DNA of 53,836 nt. Origin: an uncultured Chthoniobacterales bacterium. GTDB lineage: Bacteria > Verrucomicrobiota > Verrucomicrobiia > Chthoniobacterales > SZAS-18. The translations under genes were made by a program, and so were the position numbers. Below are positions 35,278-44,708 of this stretch, piece by piece (position 1 is the stretch's first letter; the number at the start of each line of letters is the position of its first letter). A model generated the notes under the pieces. That model was given only the letters and a program-made list of their open reading frames with translations, ran no database searches and had not been told where the DNA came from. The stretch is from contig CAXTVY010000001.1 of assembly GCA_964247665.1 (NCBI GenBank), positions 1 to 53,836 on the forward strand, written 5' to 3'.

Positions 35278-36726
35278 TCAGGACCGGGTGCGCTGCGCCT
35301 GGACCGCCGCGGCGTACACCTCGCGCAACGGCACGTCCGCGCGCTCGGCGACGACGCGGCAGGACTCGAACTCGGGAGAAACCTGCAACAGGTTGCCGCC
35401 CGCGTCGAAACCGAGCTTCACCTGGATCTCTCCGTAGGCGGTGCCCACGGTCTCGAAACGGCGCTCCAGCTTGAGGCGGCGCTTCTCGCTCAGCCGCAGA
35501 CCGAAACTGCTCGTGTGGCGGAAGATCAGGGCAGACAAAGCGTCCACCTTCGCCGGTTCGCAAAGCACGGTCAGGAGCACGCCGGGCCGGTTCTTCTTCA
35601 TCTGCGCGGGCGTGAAGAAGGCGTCCAGCGCCCCGGCGGCCAGGAGGCGGTCGATGGTCGCGCCGACGATCTCGGGCGACAGGTCGTCGATGTTCGTCTC
35701 AATCTGCGTGACGGTATCCGTGGCGAAACCACCGCCGTTTGCGGCGGGGGTCGCCGCCGCGTCGTCCGTGGCCAGTTCGCCCAGCACGGCGCGCAGAACG
35801 TTGGGCCGGTTCTCCAACTGGCGGTTGCCCAAGCCGTAGCCGATTTTCCCGATGGTCATGGGCGGCATGACGCCGAAGCCATGGCCGAACTCCGCCGCGA
35901 TGGCCGCGCCGGTCGGCGTGATGAACTCGAAGGGCTCGTCAATCTGCCCGACCGGAATGCCGCGCAGGATTTCCAACGTGGCGGGCGCGGGAATCGGGAA
36001 GCGGCCGTGCGCGCAATCCACCCAGCCGTGGCCATCGGCCAGCTTGCCCACGTAGATGCGCTCGACGCCGAGTTCCTCGATCCCGGCGCAGGCCAGCACG
36101 ATGTCGGCGATGGAATCCAGCGCGCCGACCTCGTGGAAGCCGATGGATTCGACGGGCGTGCCGTGGATTTTCGCCTCTGCCACCGCGACGCGATGGAAGA
36201 TGCTCAGGGCGTGCTTTTTGACGAAGTCCGAGAGGTCGCTGGATTCGAGCAGGGCGCGAATTTCGACGTAGGAACGGCCATGAGAGTGTTCGTCGAGTTC
36301 GTGCTCGTGCTCGTGAGCATGGGCGTGGTCGCAGCCGGGCCCATGCTCGTGACCGTGGTGATCATGCGCGTGGGGCTCAACGCCGTGCCTATGTTCGTGC
36401 TCGTCGTGGTCATGTTCATGCTCGTGTGCATGGCCATGCTCGTGTTCGTGCTCGCTTTCGTGCTCATGGGCATGAGCGTGCACCTGCCCGTGCTCATCCG
36501 GGTCTTCGTCCTGATCGTGCGTGTGGGTACTGCCCGCGTGGATGCCGAACTTGACGCCTTCGATGTTCTTGCGCTGCTTGCGCTCGAAATGCATGTGGAA
36601 GTCGCCGATGTCGAGTTTGGAGAGTTCCCACTCGAACGACGAAGGCTTGACACCCAGGTCGCAGAGCGCGCCCACGGTCATGTCGCCGCTGATGCCGGAA
36701 AAACAGTCGAGAAAGAGGACGCGCAT
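35278..36726 (-). CDS. larC: Nickel pincer cofactor biosynthesis protein LarC
   Basis: DCFSGISGDM, a His-rich insert, AEAKIHG, FHEVGALDSIADI, HGRFPIPAPAT, TPTGAAI, ETNIDD, MKKNRPG, PEFE. Confidence 0.95.
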   Translation of the reverse strand: MRVLFLDCFSGISGDMTVGALCDLGVKPSSFEWELSKLDIGDFHMHFERKQRKNIEGVKFGIHAGSTHTHDQDEDPDEHGQVHAHAHEHESEHEHEHGHAHEHEHDHDEHEHRHGVEPHAHDHHGHEHGPGCDHAHAHEHEHELDEHSHGRSYVEIRALLESSDLSDFVKKHALSIFHRVAVAEAKIHGTPVESIGFHEVGALDSIADIVLACAGIEELGVERIYVGKLADGHGWVDCAHGRFPIPAPATLEILRGIPVGQIDEPFEFITPTGAAIAAEFGHGFGVMPPMTIGKIGYGLGNRQLENRPNVLRAVLGELATDDAAATPAANGGGFATDTVTQIETNIDDLSPEIVGATIDRLLAAGALDAFFTPAQMKKNRPGVLLTVLCEPAKVDALSALIFRHTSSFGLRLSEKRRLKLERRFETVGTAYGEIQVKLGFDAGGNLLQVSPEFESCRVVAERADVPLREVYAAAVQAQRTRS

Positions 36727-36792
36727 AGAGAGAAGAGGATTGCCGACGGAGGCAAGGCGAACCTTACCACAAACCGCCGAAGCGGCCTGGAA

Positions 36793-37269
36793 TCAAATCT
36801 CGACGGTAAGCGGGAAGCCCGGGCAGAGCGCCGAATGCTTTATTGGGCCGTCGGCGTCGAAGAAGAGCATCCGGCCCGACTGCTCACGAACCCAGACCTC
36901 CTGCGCGCCCGCCTGGAGGTAAAGCTCTTTCTTCTCCAACAACTCGCCCATGGTGTTGCCCGGTGATTTTACCTCGACACAGATTTCCGGGGCTCGCCGG
37001 TAGCTTCCCTGCCCCTTGCTCGCTTTGAAGAGGCTCAACGACATCCAGGTGGCACCGGCCACTTTGTTGCCATCCTCGGTGTCGATGACGGTTTCCTGTA
37101 AGACTCTGCCACCACGCATCTTCTTTTTCAAGAGATCGTAGATGGAGGATTGCGCGAGGCTGTGATCGTTGTGCGGAGGGCTCATGACGATCTGGCCCCA
37201 GCGGTTCGTCTCGATGCGGAAAGGCAAGTCTTGCAAGTAGCGGTTGGCGCAGACTTCATCCCAAGTCAT
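36793..37269 (-). CDS. Uma2 (DUF820) family putative endonuclease
   Basis: LQDLPFRIETNRWGQIVMSP, APEICVEVKSPGN, K.ELYLQAGAQEVW. Confidence 0.88.
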   Translation of the reverse strand: MTWDEVCANRYLQDLPFRIETNRWGQIVMSPPHNDHSLAQSSIYDLLKKKMRGGRVLQETVIDTEDGNKVAGATWMSLSLFKASKGQGSYRRAPEICVEVKSPGNTMGELLEKKELYLQAGAQEVWVREQSGRMLFFDADGPIKHSALCPGFPLTVEI

Positions 37270-37404
37270 GCGCTCAGCTTACCCGCCTTCTTGCGTGGAC
37301 GCCATCCTGATTACCATCCCCAAAGAAGAAAAGCTGCCTGTTCGTCAGCCAGCGTCTTATCGTCTGCTCCAGGACGCCATTTGACGAGACCCGGCCACAG
37401 AATT

Positions 37405-39648
37405 TCAATTAAATAATGGACCCATCGGCGGGCCACCGGCCTCGCTCCAGCCACGCGGGCGGGTCGTCTTGAGCCAGTCCACGGCCTTGTGGCTCAGCAG
37501 GCTGCCCAGCGTTTTCGGCGTCTGCACGGGCAACTCGGCCAGCTCGATGACCTGCTCGTCCGGCTGCCTGGCGTCCGCTCCCCCACCCCCGCGCTTGCCC
37601 GGCTTGAAGGGCTTGTACTTGATGTACACCCGATCCAGCGGCTCGGCCGTCAACAGGAGGATTTTCGCCTTGGGCGGCACGCACTGGTACTCCTTGTTGA
37701 GGATCGTGCCGCCGAACGCGAACCGCTTGAGGTACGTCGCCGAGGGCGTCTGGTAAACCAGCGTGTACACGGCATCCCGCGCGAACAACGCGTAGTGATA
37801 CAAATCCCGGTCCACGAAGAGTTTTTCTGGCGGCGGGATCACCTTGTAGCTTCCGTCTGCCGTGACCGTCAGCACGCGGTCCAGCTCCGAGGCGCGGAAG
37901 GCGGGCTCCAGGCCTTCGCCCTTGACCCCGTAGCCAAGGTAGCCCTTCACCGGGTCGTAGGCGACGGCGAGGTTGCGCACGGCCACCTGCCGCGCGTCGG
38001 CCTCCTCGAACGTGCCGATCTTCGTCAGCCGGGGGTAGAGCTTGCCGTAGGTCTTGAGCAGGTTCTTGAGGTAAGCAATGGCGTGCTTCGTCAGGCCCTT
38101 GAGGCTGCGTTCCGTCTCCTCCAACTGGGTGACGAGTTCGTCGATCTCGCGCTTGTTCTGCGCGATGTCGAAGAGCGAGATGCGCTTGATCCGCAGGCCC
38201 AGGAGCATTTCCACGTCCTCGGCCGTCACGTCACGGCGGAGCCGGTCGCGGAAGCGGTTGACCCCGCCGAGCACCGCCCCCTGCACGGCCTCGTAGGTCT
38301 CGCACCGCTCGATGTGCTTGTAGATGCGGTTCTCGATGAAAATCGGTGCGAGCGTTTTGTGGGGGATGCTGTCGAGCAGGTCGGCGCGGCGCATTTCGAG
38401 TTCCTGCTTGAGCAGGGACAGGAGCTGCACCGTGTTCGTCCGCAGGATTTCCTCCACGTCCATCTCCACGGGACGGTCGCCCCGGATGATGATCGGGCGG
38501 GTGGAAATCGACTGCTCGCACTCGGTGAACAGGTACAGCGCGGCGATGGTCTTGCCAGGGTCCTCACCCGGCGTCAGCTTGATCTCGATCTCGACCGTTT
38601 CGGCCGTGAAGTCGTCGATGGACTTGATGCGGATTTTCTTCTTGCGCGCGGCGTCCTCGATGGAAGCGATGAGCGCGTCCGTCGTGGTGCTCGCGGGCAG
38701 TTCGCGGATGACCAGCGTGCCCGCGACGTGCGTCTTGGGCTCGATGACGGCGCGCAGCTTGACCTTGCCGGTGCCCTTGGCGTAGGCGCTGACATCCATC
38801 AGCCCGCCCTGCGGGAAGTCGGGCAGCAGGTCGAAGGGCTTGCCCTGGAGGATGGCGATCTGCGCCTCGATCAGCTCGCAGAAATTGTGCGGCAGGACGC
38901 GCGTGCTCAGGCCCACGGCGATGCCGTCCGCGCCGAGCATGAGCAGCAGCGGCAGCTTGGAAGGCAGCGTGACGGGCTCCTTGTTGCGGCCGTCGTAGGA
39001 GGGGATCGTCGGAGTGAGGCGGTCGTTGAAAATCTCGTGGCGCGCGAGGTCGGTCAGGCGGCACTCGATGTAGCGCGAGGCTGCCGCCGGGTCGCCCGTG
39101 TAGATGTTGCCGAAGTTGCCCTGACCCTCGATGAGGTAACGCTTCTGCTGGAGCGTCACCAAGGCGTCGGCGATGGAGGCGTCGCCGTGCGGGTGGAACT
39201 GCATACAATAACCGACGATGTTGGCGACCTTGATGAACTTGCCGTCGTCGTTGCGCTGGATGGAATGCAGGATGCGCCGCTGCACGGGCTTGAGCCCGTC
39301 TTCCAACGCGGGGATGGCGCGGTCGCGGATGACGTAGCTCGCGTAGGAAAGGAAATTACGGTCCATCAACGCCCGGAAGGGCGGATCGTCCGGCGGCGGC
39401 GCGTGCGGAGGCTCGCCGCCCGGGCCGCCGGGAGGGAGGGACGCGCCGTCGCCACCGGCACCGTCCGGGAGCATGTCGGCGAACTCCGGCAGGGGCTGGT
39501 CGTCCGCCGGGGGAACGGTGTCGGCCGCCACGAGGCCGTCGGCGGGCAGCGGATGGCGCACGGGCAGGCCGGGCGTCAGTGCCTGGGCGATGGGGCCGAG
39601 CGGCAGGGGATCGTTCTTGGGGCCGTTGGCGGTGGGGCGGTCTGGCAT
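37405..39648 (-). CDS. parC: DNA topoisomerase IV subunit A (GyrA/ParC family)
   Basis: FLSYASYVIRDRAIP..EDGLKPVQRRIL, HPHGD, GQGNFGN, AASRYIE (catalytic Tyr), IFIENRIYK. Short C-terminal domain with no GyrA box. Start re-picked at 39648. Confidence 0.88.
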   Translation of the reverse strand: MPDRPTANGPKNDPLPLGPIAQALTPGLPVRHPLPADGLVAADTVPPADDQPLPEFADMLPDGAGGDGASLPPGGPGGEPPHAPPPDDPPFRALMDRNFLSYASYVIRDRAIPALEDGLKPVQRRILHSIQRNDDGKFIKVANIVGYCMQFHPHGDASIADALVTLQQKRYLIEGQGNFGNIYTGDPAAASRYIECRLTDLARHEIFNDRLTPTIPSYDGRNKEPVTLPSKLPLLLMLGADGIAVGLSTRVLPHNFCELIEAQIAILQGKPFDLLPDFPQGGLMDVSAYAKGTGKVKLRAVIEPKTHVAGTLVIRELPASTTTDALIASIEDAARKKKIRIKSIDDFTAETVEIEIKLTPGEDPGKTIAALYLFTECEQSISTRPIIIRGDRPVEMDVEEILRTNTVQLLSLLKQELEMRRADLLDSIPHKTLAPIFIENRIYKHIERCETYEAVQGAVLGGVNRFRDRLRRDVTAEDVEMLLGLRIKRISLFDIAQNKREIDELVTQLEETERSLKGLTKHAIAYLKNLLKTYGKLYPRLTKIGTFEEADARQVAVRNLAVAYDPVKGYLGYGVKGEGLEPAFRASELDRVLTVTADGSYKVIPPPEKLFVDRDLYHYALFARDAVYTLVYQTPSATYLKRFAFGGTILNKEYQCVPPKAKILLLTAEPLDRVYIKYKPFKPGKRGGGGADARQPDEQVIELAELPVQTPKTLGSLLSHKAVDWLKTTRPRGWSEAGGPPMGPLFN

Positions 39649-39893
39649 ACGGGAATTTACGAGGGAGAGGCCGGAAAACCTCTCTGTCACTGGGCGGCGT
39701 ACAGGCATAATATGCGCAAGATGTGGCTTATGGTAGCCCAAAATCTACTACATCTGGCCAGTTTTCACAATGATGAAGTTGCCGCATGAAAATGACTCCA
39801 CTGCGTCGTTACAACGGCATTTCTCACGTACCCGCCGCGAGATCTCGCTCAAACGCGCTTCCGGCGTGACCAAGTTTCCGCTACGGTGCCCCC

Positions 39894-40895
39894 ATGCCGC
39901 ATCCCGCCGGAGTCGTTCGATGGTCCAGCTTCCTGCTGTCGCTGGCCGCGTGGTTGGCTCCGGTCCTGCTGCTCGCGGTCGGGCCGGGCGCGCGAGCCGA
40001 CCACCCGGTGCCGACAGATCGGGCGGGCTCGCCGGACGCGGCGCTGACACGAATCAGAACAGGCCATTTCGTGGTCCAGGCCAGCGTGCAGGGCCAACCG
40101 TTGCAGCTCGTGGTGGACACGGGCAGTCCGGTCACGGTCATCGATGATCGGGCATATCGCCGCCTCGCCGCGACGGACGCCGGGGTAAAGCCGGAGGGCC
40201 GTACCCTGCGGCTGAGATCGCTCAATGGCCAGGCAGTCAGCGTCGGGCGAGTCGCGGATCTGCGCGTCGGCGGGGTCGTGCTCGGCAACGTGGCCGTGGC
40301 CGTGACCAGCCTCGGCACCGTGCTGGGCAACCGGTTCGATCCGGGCGGGCTCGCCGGCGCGGACGGCATCCTGGGTGCGGACCTCCTCTCGCACGACGGC
40401 GCGATCATCGACCTCGGCCGCCGCACGCTCTCGCTCGACGCGACCCACGACAGCCGCCGCCGGTTGGCGCAGCAGGCCGCGCGTGACGGGTACACGGCGG
40501 TCGCCATGTCAGCGACCAGCGGCATCCACCTCGCCGTGCCGTGCATCCTGCAAGACGATCCCTACCGCCTCGTCGTGGATACCGGCTCACCGTTCACCGT
40601 CGTCCAGCGCAGCGTCGTGGCTCCAGAGGTACTCGCGCGGCCAGCGCGGGTATCCACCATGCGAACCCTGGGAGGAGTAAACGTCGTGGCCTGGGTGCCG
40701 TTGGAACATTGGAACATCGGCGCGTTCCCCATCACGCGTGCCACCGTCGGAGCGGGCAATTTCCACAGCGGCCTTTTCTCGGAGCACACGAGCAGCGGCG
40801 GCGCGGTCGTCGGCCTGTTCGGACTGGAATGGCTCGTGCATTGGGGTGCGATCATCGACTTCGGGTCGCGCACGATCTACTTGAAGCATCCGTGA
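39894..40895 (+). CDS. Exported retropepsin-like aspartyl protease with two tandem domains
   Basis: Signal peptide. Two LVVDTGS motifs, each followed by a G-hydrophobic-hydrophobic-G motif (DGILGAD, VGLFGLE). Confidence 0.85.
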   Translation: MPHPAGVVRWSSFLLSLAAWLAPVLLLAVGPGARADHPVPTDRAGSPDAALTRIRTGHFVVQASVQGQPLQLVVDTGSPVTVIDDRAYRRLAATDAGVKPEGRTLRLRSLNGQAVSVGRVADLRVGGVVLGNVAVAVTSLGTVLGNRFDPGGLAGADGILGADLLSHDGAIIDLGRRTLSLDATHDSRRRLAQQAARDGYTAVAMSATSGIHLAVPCILQDDPYRLVVDTGSPFTVVQRSVVAPEVLARPARVSTMRTLGGVNVVAWVPLEHWNIGAFPITRATVGAGNFHSGLFSEHTSSGGAVVGLFGLEWLVHWGAIIDFGSRTIYLKHP

Positions 40896-40950
40896 AACCG
40901 GGGGCGGCCGGGCTGACAGTTTGGGCGTGGCCCGGAGAGCCATTCCTACC

Positions 40951-41922
40951 TTATTTAACGACCGTCGGAACCGCCTGTCCGGAAGGCGTCAATGCCCCGC
41001 GCAACAACACCGCCAGCCGGTAGCCCGCCAGCGCGAGGCGGCGGTCCGCGACCGCCTTGCTCTGGGCCACGTAACCGTCGGGCAACGGCGGCGGGACCGC
41101 GTGCGGGTCGGACGAACCGGGGAGCGTGCCCCAGAGGTATACCTTGTCGATGGCCACGGCGCGCCCCTCCAGGCTCCAGGCCGTGGCGTCCGCCGCCGTG
41201 GCGAGTTCAGGCAGGGACGCCGCCGGAAAACGTTTCTCCAGGTCGGCCGCCTGCGCGAACACCTCGTCGGGATGCTTCGCGCTCCCCGGCAGCGCATCCC
41301 AGAAGGCGTGCAGGTTCACCGGCTGCCCCCCGACCGCCACGAAGAACAGATTGCCGCCCCGGTCGCCGGTCGGCGGTGGATACTGCGGCGTGACAAATTC
41401 CGCGCAATGCAGTGGGTGGTGCAGGTCGCCAACGAGATGGATCAGCCAGCTCAGGCTCGCTGCCCGCGCTTCGTCACCCGCCGCCGGGTCACGCAGCGTT
41501 TTTGTGCTCTGCGTGATGGCGAAAAGCGCGTTGTTGTCCGGTGCGAGACCAGCCTGAAAGGCGAAGTCCGGCGGGGTCAGCGGATAATCGATGTAGTGCC
41601 ACGCGGGATGGGCGTAGGGATTCGGCGCGCGATTGATCTCGTCGGGCCAGGTACTCGCACTCATGAAGAGGAACGCGTCCCGTTCCCCTACCGGGGCGAA
41701 ATCGAGGTGCTTACGCCACTCGCCCATCTGCGGATGAGCAGCGAGGATCGCCATGATTTGCTGGCGCGCGTCAGGGGGCAGTTGGTCGAAGGCGATACGC
41801 GCCACGATCATGTGCCCCGCCGCAAACCACGCGGACGCAGGCCGGGCAACGAGCAGGCACACCGCCCAGCACGCCGCTGCCAGCCCGGCACGCCACCTCC
41901 CCACCGCGCCGCGCCGCGTCAT
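40951..41922 (-). CDS. S1/P1 nuclease
   Basis: Signal peptide ending ASA|WFAAGH, WPDE, WHYID, HLVGDLHHPLH, DRGGN, NLHAFWD, AGYRLA. The start overlaps the fbaB stop (ATGA). Confidence 0.92.
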   Translation of the reverse strand: MTRRGAVGRWRAGLAAACWAVCLLVARPASAWFAAGHMIVARIAFDQLPPDARQQIMAILAAHPQMGEWRKHLDFAPVGERDAFLFMSASTWPDEINRAPNPYAHPAWHYIDYPLTPPDFAFQAGLAPDNNALFAITQSTKTLRDPAAGDEARAASLSWLIHLVGDLHHPLHCAEFVTPQYPPPTGDRGGNLFFVAVGGQPVNLHAFWDALPGSAKHPDEVFAQAADLEKRFPAASLPELATAADATAWSLEGRAVAIDKVYLWGTLPGSSDPHAVPPPLPDGYVAQSKAVADRRLALAGYRLAVLLRGALTPSGQAVPTVVK

Positions 41923-42851
41923 TTCTCTTTCCCGGCGTAGATGTCCATGATCGTGCCCAACAGCTTGAGCGCGTCTTCCTTTTTGCGCGTGAAGCTGTTG
42001 CGCCCGATGATGGAGCCGAAGCCGCCGCCCGCCTCGACGCCGCGCACCTGTTCGAGCAATTTGTCGTCCGGCTCGTGCGCGCCACCGGAGAAGATGACGA
42101 TGCGGCGGCCATCGAACGCGCATTTGACGACGTGGCTGATGCGTTCGGCGATGGTGCCGATGGGGACCTGCTCCTTCTCGTACACTGCCTTCGCGGCTTC
42201 CTGCTCCAGGTGCGCCGTCGGTATCTTCACCTTGACGATGTTCGCGCCGAGTTCCGCCGCGATGTGCGCCGCGTAGCCGCACACGTCGATGGCCGTCTCG
42301 CCTTCCTTGCTCAGCGCGGAGCCGCGCGGATAGCTCCAGATGACCACGGCCAGCCCGTGCCGCTTGGCTTCGGCAGAAATCTTGCGGATCTGCCCGTACA
42401 TTTTCTGCGAATGTTCGCTGCCGGGATAGATCGTGAACCCGACCGCCACCGCGCCGATGCGCAGGGCGTCGTGCACGCTGCCCGTGAGTGCTTGGTCGGG
42501 GTCTTTGTCGTCGCCGTGGAGCATGTCGTGGTCGTTGACCTTGAGGATCAACGGCAGGTCGCCCGCGAACTCCCGCGCGCCCGCCTCCAGAAAGCCCAGC
42601 GGGGCGGCGTAGGCGTTGCAGCCCGCGTCGATGGCGAACTGGAAATGGTACAGTGGATTATACGCGGGCGGGTTGGACGCGAACGACCGGGCGGGTCCGT
42701 GCTCGAAGCCCTGGTCCACCGGCAGGATGACGAACTTGCCCGTACCCGCGAGGCGGCCGGTGTTCATGATGCGGGCGAGGCTGGAGAGCGTGCCCGGGTT
42801 CTCGCTGCCGTACCAAGAGAGGATTTCTTTGACGCGGTTGGTGGATTGCAT
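41919..42851 (-). CDS. fbaB: Class I fructose-bisphosphate aldolase (DhnA/FbaB type)
   Basis: ILPVDQGFEHGP, GFTIYPGS, WSYPRG, LGANIVKVK (Schiff-base Lys), FSGG, SIIGRN. Confidence 0.92.
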   Translation of the reverse strand: MQSTNRVKEILSWYGSENPGTLSSLARIMNTGRLAGTGKFVILPVDQGFEHGPARSFASNPPAYNPLYHFQFAIDAGCNAYAAPLGFLEAGAREFAGDLPLILKVNDHDMLHGDDKDPDQALTGSVHDALRIGAVAVGFTIYPGSEHSQKMYGQIRKISAEAKRHGLAVVIWSYPRGSALSKEGETAIDVCGYAAHIAAELGANIVKVKIPTAHLEQEAAKAVYEKEQVPIGTIAERISHVVKCAFDGRRIVIFSGGAHEPDDKLLEQVRGVEAGGGFGSIIGRNSFTRKKEDALKLLGTIMDIYAGKEK

Positions 42852-42900
42852 AGTAAAATGGGTATCTCTCTGGTTGTGTTGGCGCGATCTCGGAAGCATC

Positions 42901-43239
42901 CTACTGTGAGCCGGGCAGTGAGGCAGAGCCCGCCGGGCCTGCCCCGACGTTGCGGTTCGGACCGGTGCTGCCGGGCTCGACGGGTCCCGCGTTGGCTCCG
43001 ACCACAGGGTCTGTGGGATAAAACGAGGGGTATTCCCGCGCGAAACTATCCACTGGAGCCGTCGCCGAGAGCGGGCGATCTGGAATCTGGTTGCGGGGCT
43101 GCGGGATGTTGGAGCCCGTGTAGGTCACCCGGTTCCTGAAGTAATCCGGGCGCACCGGTGAACGGCTTGCCGTACTGCCTTGAGTGCAACCGGAAACCGC
43201 GAAGGCGGTCAACGAAACGATTAATGGGCTGATCTTCAT
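42901..43239 (-). CDS. Small lipoprotein, unknown function
   Basis: MKISPLIVSLTAFAVSGC lipobox, a TGSNIP motif, and a P/G-rich tail. Confidence 0.65.
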   Translation of the reverse strand: MKISPLIVSLTAFAVSGCTQGSTASRSPVRPDYFRNRVTYTGSNIPQPRNQIPDRPLSATAPVDSFAREYPSFYPTDPVVGANAGPVEPGSTGPNRNVGAGPAGSASLPGSQ

Positions 43240-43341
43240 GTTCTTTCTTTCAAGAACTGAATCGTTTCGTTGGTCGGGGCAGCTCTGGTAAAAGATGCGT
43301 GCGACGCTGGCGGTTTGTTAGAAGCGTGACCGTTTGCCGGG

Positions 43342-44223
43342 TCACGGATTGCCAAGGATGAACTTCTCAATCGCGTTGGCGAACCCCTCGTCCTCGCTGG
43401 AGGTCGTGACCTCGCGAGCCGACTTCTTCACGTCATCGCTCGCCTGCCCCATGGCGATGGACAGGCCACCTTTCTCGAACATCGGCACGTCGTTGGCCAT
43501 GTCGCCAATCGTGGCGATCTCCTCGGGCCGGAGGTTGAGCATCTTCGCCAAGGTTAGCACCACCCCGCCTTTGTTCGCATCCGGGTGCGTCACATCGAGA
43601 TAATAGGGCTGCGAGCGCGCCGCGGAGACCGTCGGGTGGCTGTCGCGGGGTGGGCTGGACTGCTGCGTGCCCGCCTGTGGGCCGAACGCTGCGCGCACGG
43701 CCTGCTCGCATTTCACCACGGCGTCCAGGTCGTCGCTGACGCCGACGATCTTGGCCACGTCATCCATCTTGTCTTCATAGCTGGAAACGACCGTCGGCGA
43801 GAATTTTACCGTCCATTCCTCGCGGTCCACGTGCGCGCCGTGGCGCTCGTGCACGAACCAGTCGCTGCCCTTATAAATCCACACGTCGAGCTTGTGTTCC
43901 TCAATGATCTTGATGACCGGCTCGACCACGTCGCGGCCGAGCACGCGCTGGTCGATGATCGACATATCCTCCTTCACATACAGGCCGCCGTTGAACGCTG
44001 CGATGGGCGTCGTCAACGCGAGCGGCCCGATGAGCATCGCCATGCCGCGCGGCGGCCGGCCACTGGTGATGGCGAACTCGATCCCGGCCGCCTTGAGCTT
44101 TTTCACGGCCGCCTGTGCGCGGTCGGTGAGGAGTTTCTCCTTGGTGACAAGCGTGCCGTCCACGTCGGCGAGCAGCAGGCGCGGGCGGGGCGGGTTGGCG
44201 GTGGGCGGGGCCGGGTCGGGCAT
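43342..44223 (-). CDS. Cof-type HAD-IIB hydrolase
   Basis: DVDGTL, ITSGR, NGG, ANKG, GDMANDVPM. Start re-picked at 44223. Confidence 0.92.
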   Translation of the reverse strand: MPDPAPPTANPPRPRLLLADVDGTLVTKEKLLTDRAQAAVKKLKAAGIEFAITSGRPPRGMAMLIGPLALTTPIAAFNGGLYVKEDMSIIDQRVLGRDVVEPVIKIIEEHKLDVWIYKGSDWFVHERHGAHVDREEWTVKFSPTVVSSYEDKMDDVAKIVGVSDDLDAVVKCEQAVRAAFGPQAGTQQSSPPRDSHPTVSAARSQPYYLDVTHPDANKGGVVLTLAKMLNLRPEEIATIGDMANDVPMFEKGGLSIAMGQASDDVKKSAREVTTSSEDEGFANAIEKFILGNP

Positions 44224-44335
44224 AAAAATCAGGGAAAACAGCAGGGACCGTGGAAGGGAATCGCCTGCCCCACCGGCGCTGGCCGTTTTCCTGGCCGAAC
44301 TTGCCGTGCGCCCTTCGCCGTCAGCCGCCAGCTTG

Positions 44336-44689
44336 TTAGCGCGACGGGGTCGGCCGCGCGAACTCGACGTGGTTCTTGCCCCCGTTGGCATCCCGCCAAT
44401 CGGGCCCGACCCAATCGCGCGTGTAATAGTCGCTGAGCATCATCACGAGCATGAGCACGAGCCACACGAACCCGGCCGACGCGAACAGCCAGACGATGGG
44501 CGGGCTGTAGCGCACTTCCATGAAGAAGAGGATGATCAGTGCCGCCTTGCCAACCGAGATCAGCATCGCCACCGCCACGTTAAAGGGGCCGAGGTTGATG
44601 AAATTCGCGCCTACGGTCAGCACGAGCAGCCCCAGGAGCAGAACGAACGTCTTGAGATAGGTTTTCGGCTGGACGGTTTCCGTGGGCAT
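44336..44689 (-). CDS. ctaF: caa3-type cytochrome c oxidase subunit IV
   Basis: Three TM helices with LLVLTV and KAALIILFFME. Follows subunit III. Confidence 0.85.
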   Translation of the reverse strand: MPTETVQPKTYLKTFVLLLGLLVLTVGANFINLGPFNVAVAMLISVGKAALIILFFMEVRYSPPIVWLFASAGFVWLVLMLVMMLSDYYTRDWVGPDWRDANGGKNHVEFARPTPSR

Positions 44690-44708
44690 ACGGTACGGGG
44701 CAAAAGGT

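Noticed and set aside
36279-36525. Repeat element or programmed frameshift in larC
   Set aside because: The repetitiveness is explained by His/Glu codons, and the frame is continuous.
37295-37384. 29-codon plus-strand ORF bounded by a GGACGCCAT direct repeat
   Set aside because: Too short, with no RBS or motif. A single 9-bp repeat is not enough to call an insertion scar.
37489-39789. 766-aa plus-strand ORF (and similar ones at 996-2642, 35251-36966, 45223-47286)
   Set aside because: Antisense to well-supported genes; a GC3-bias artefact.
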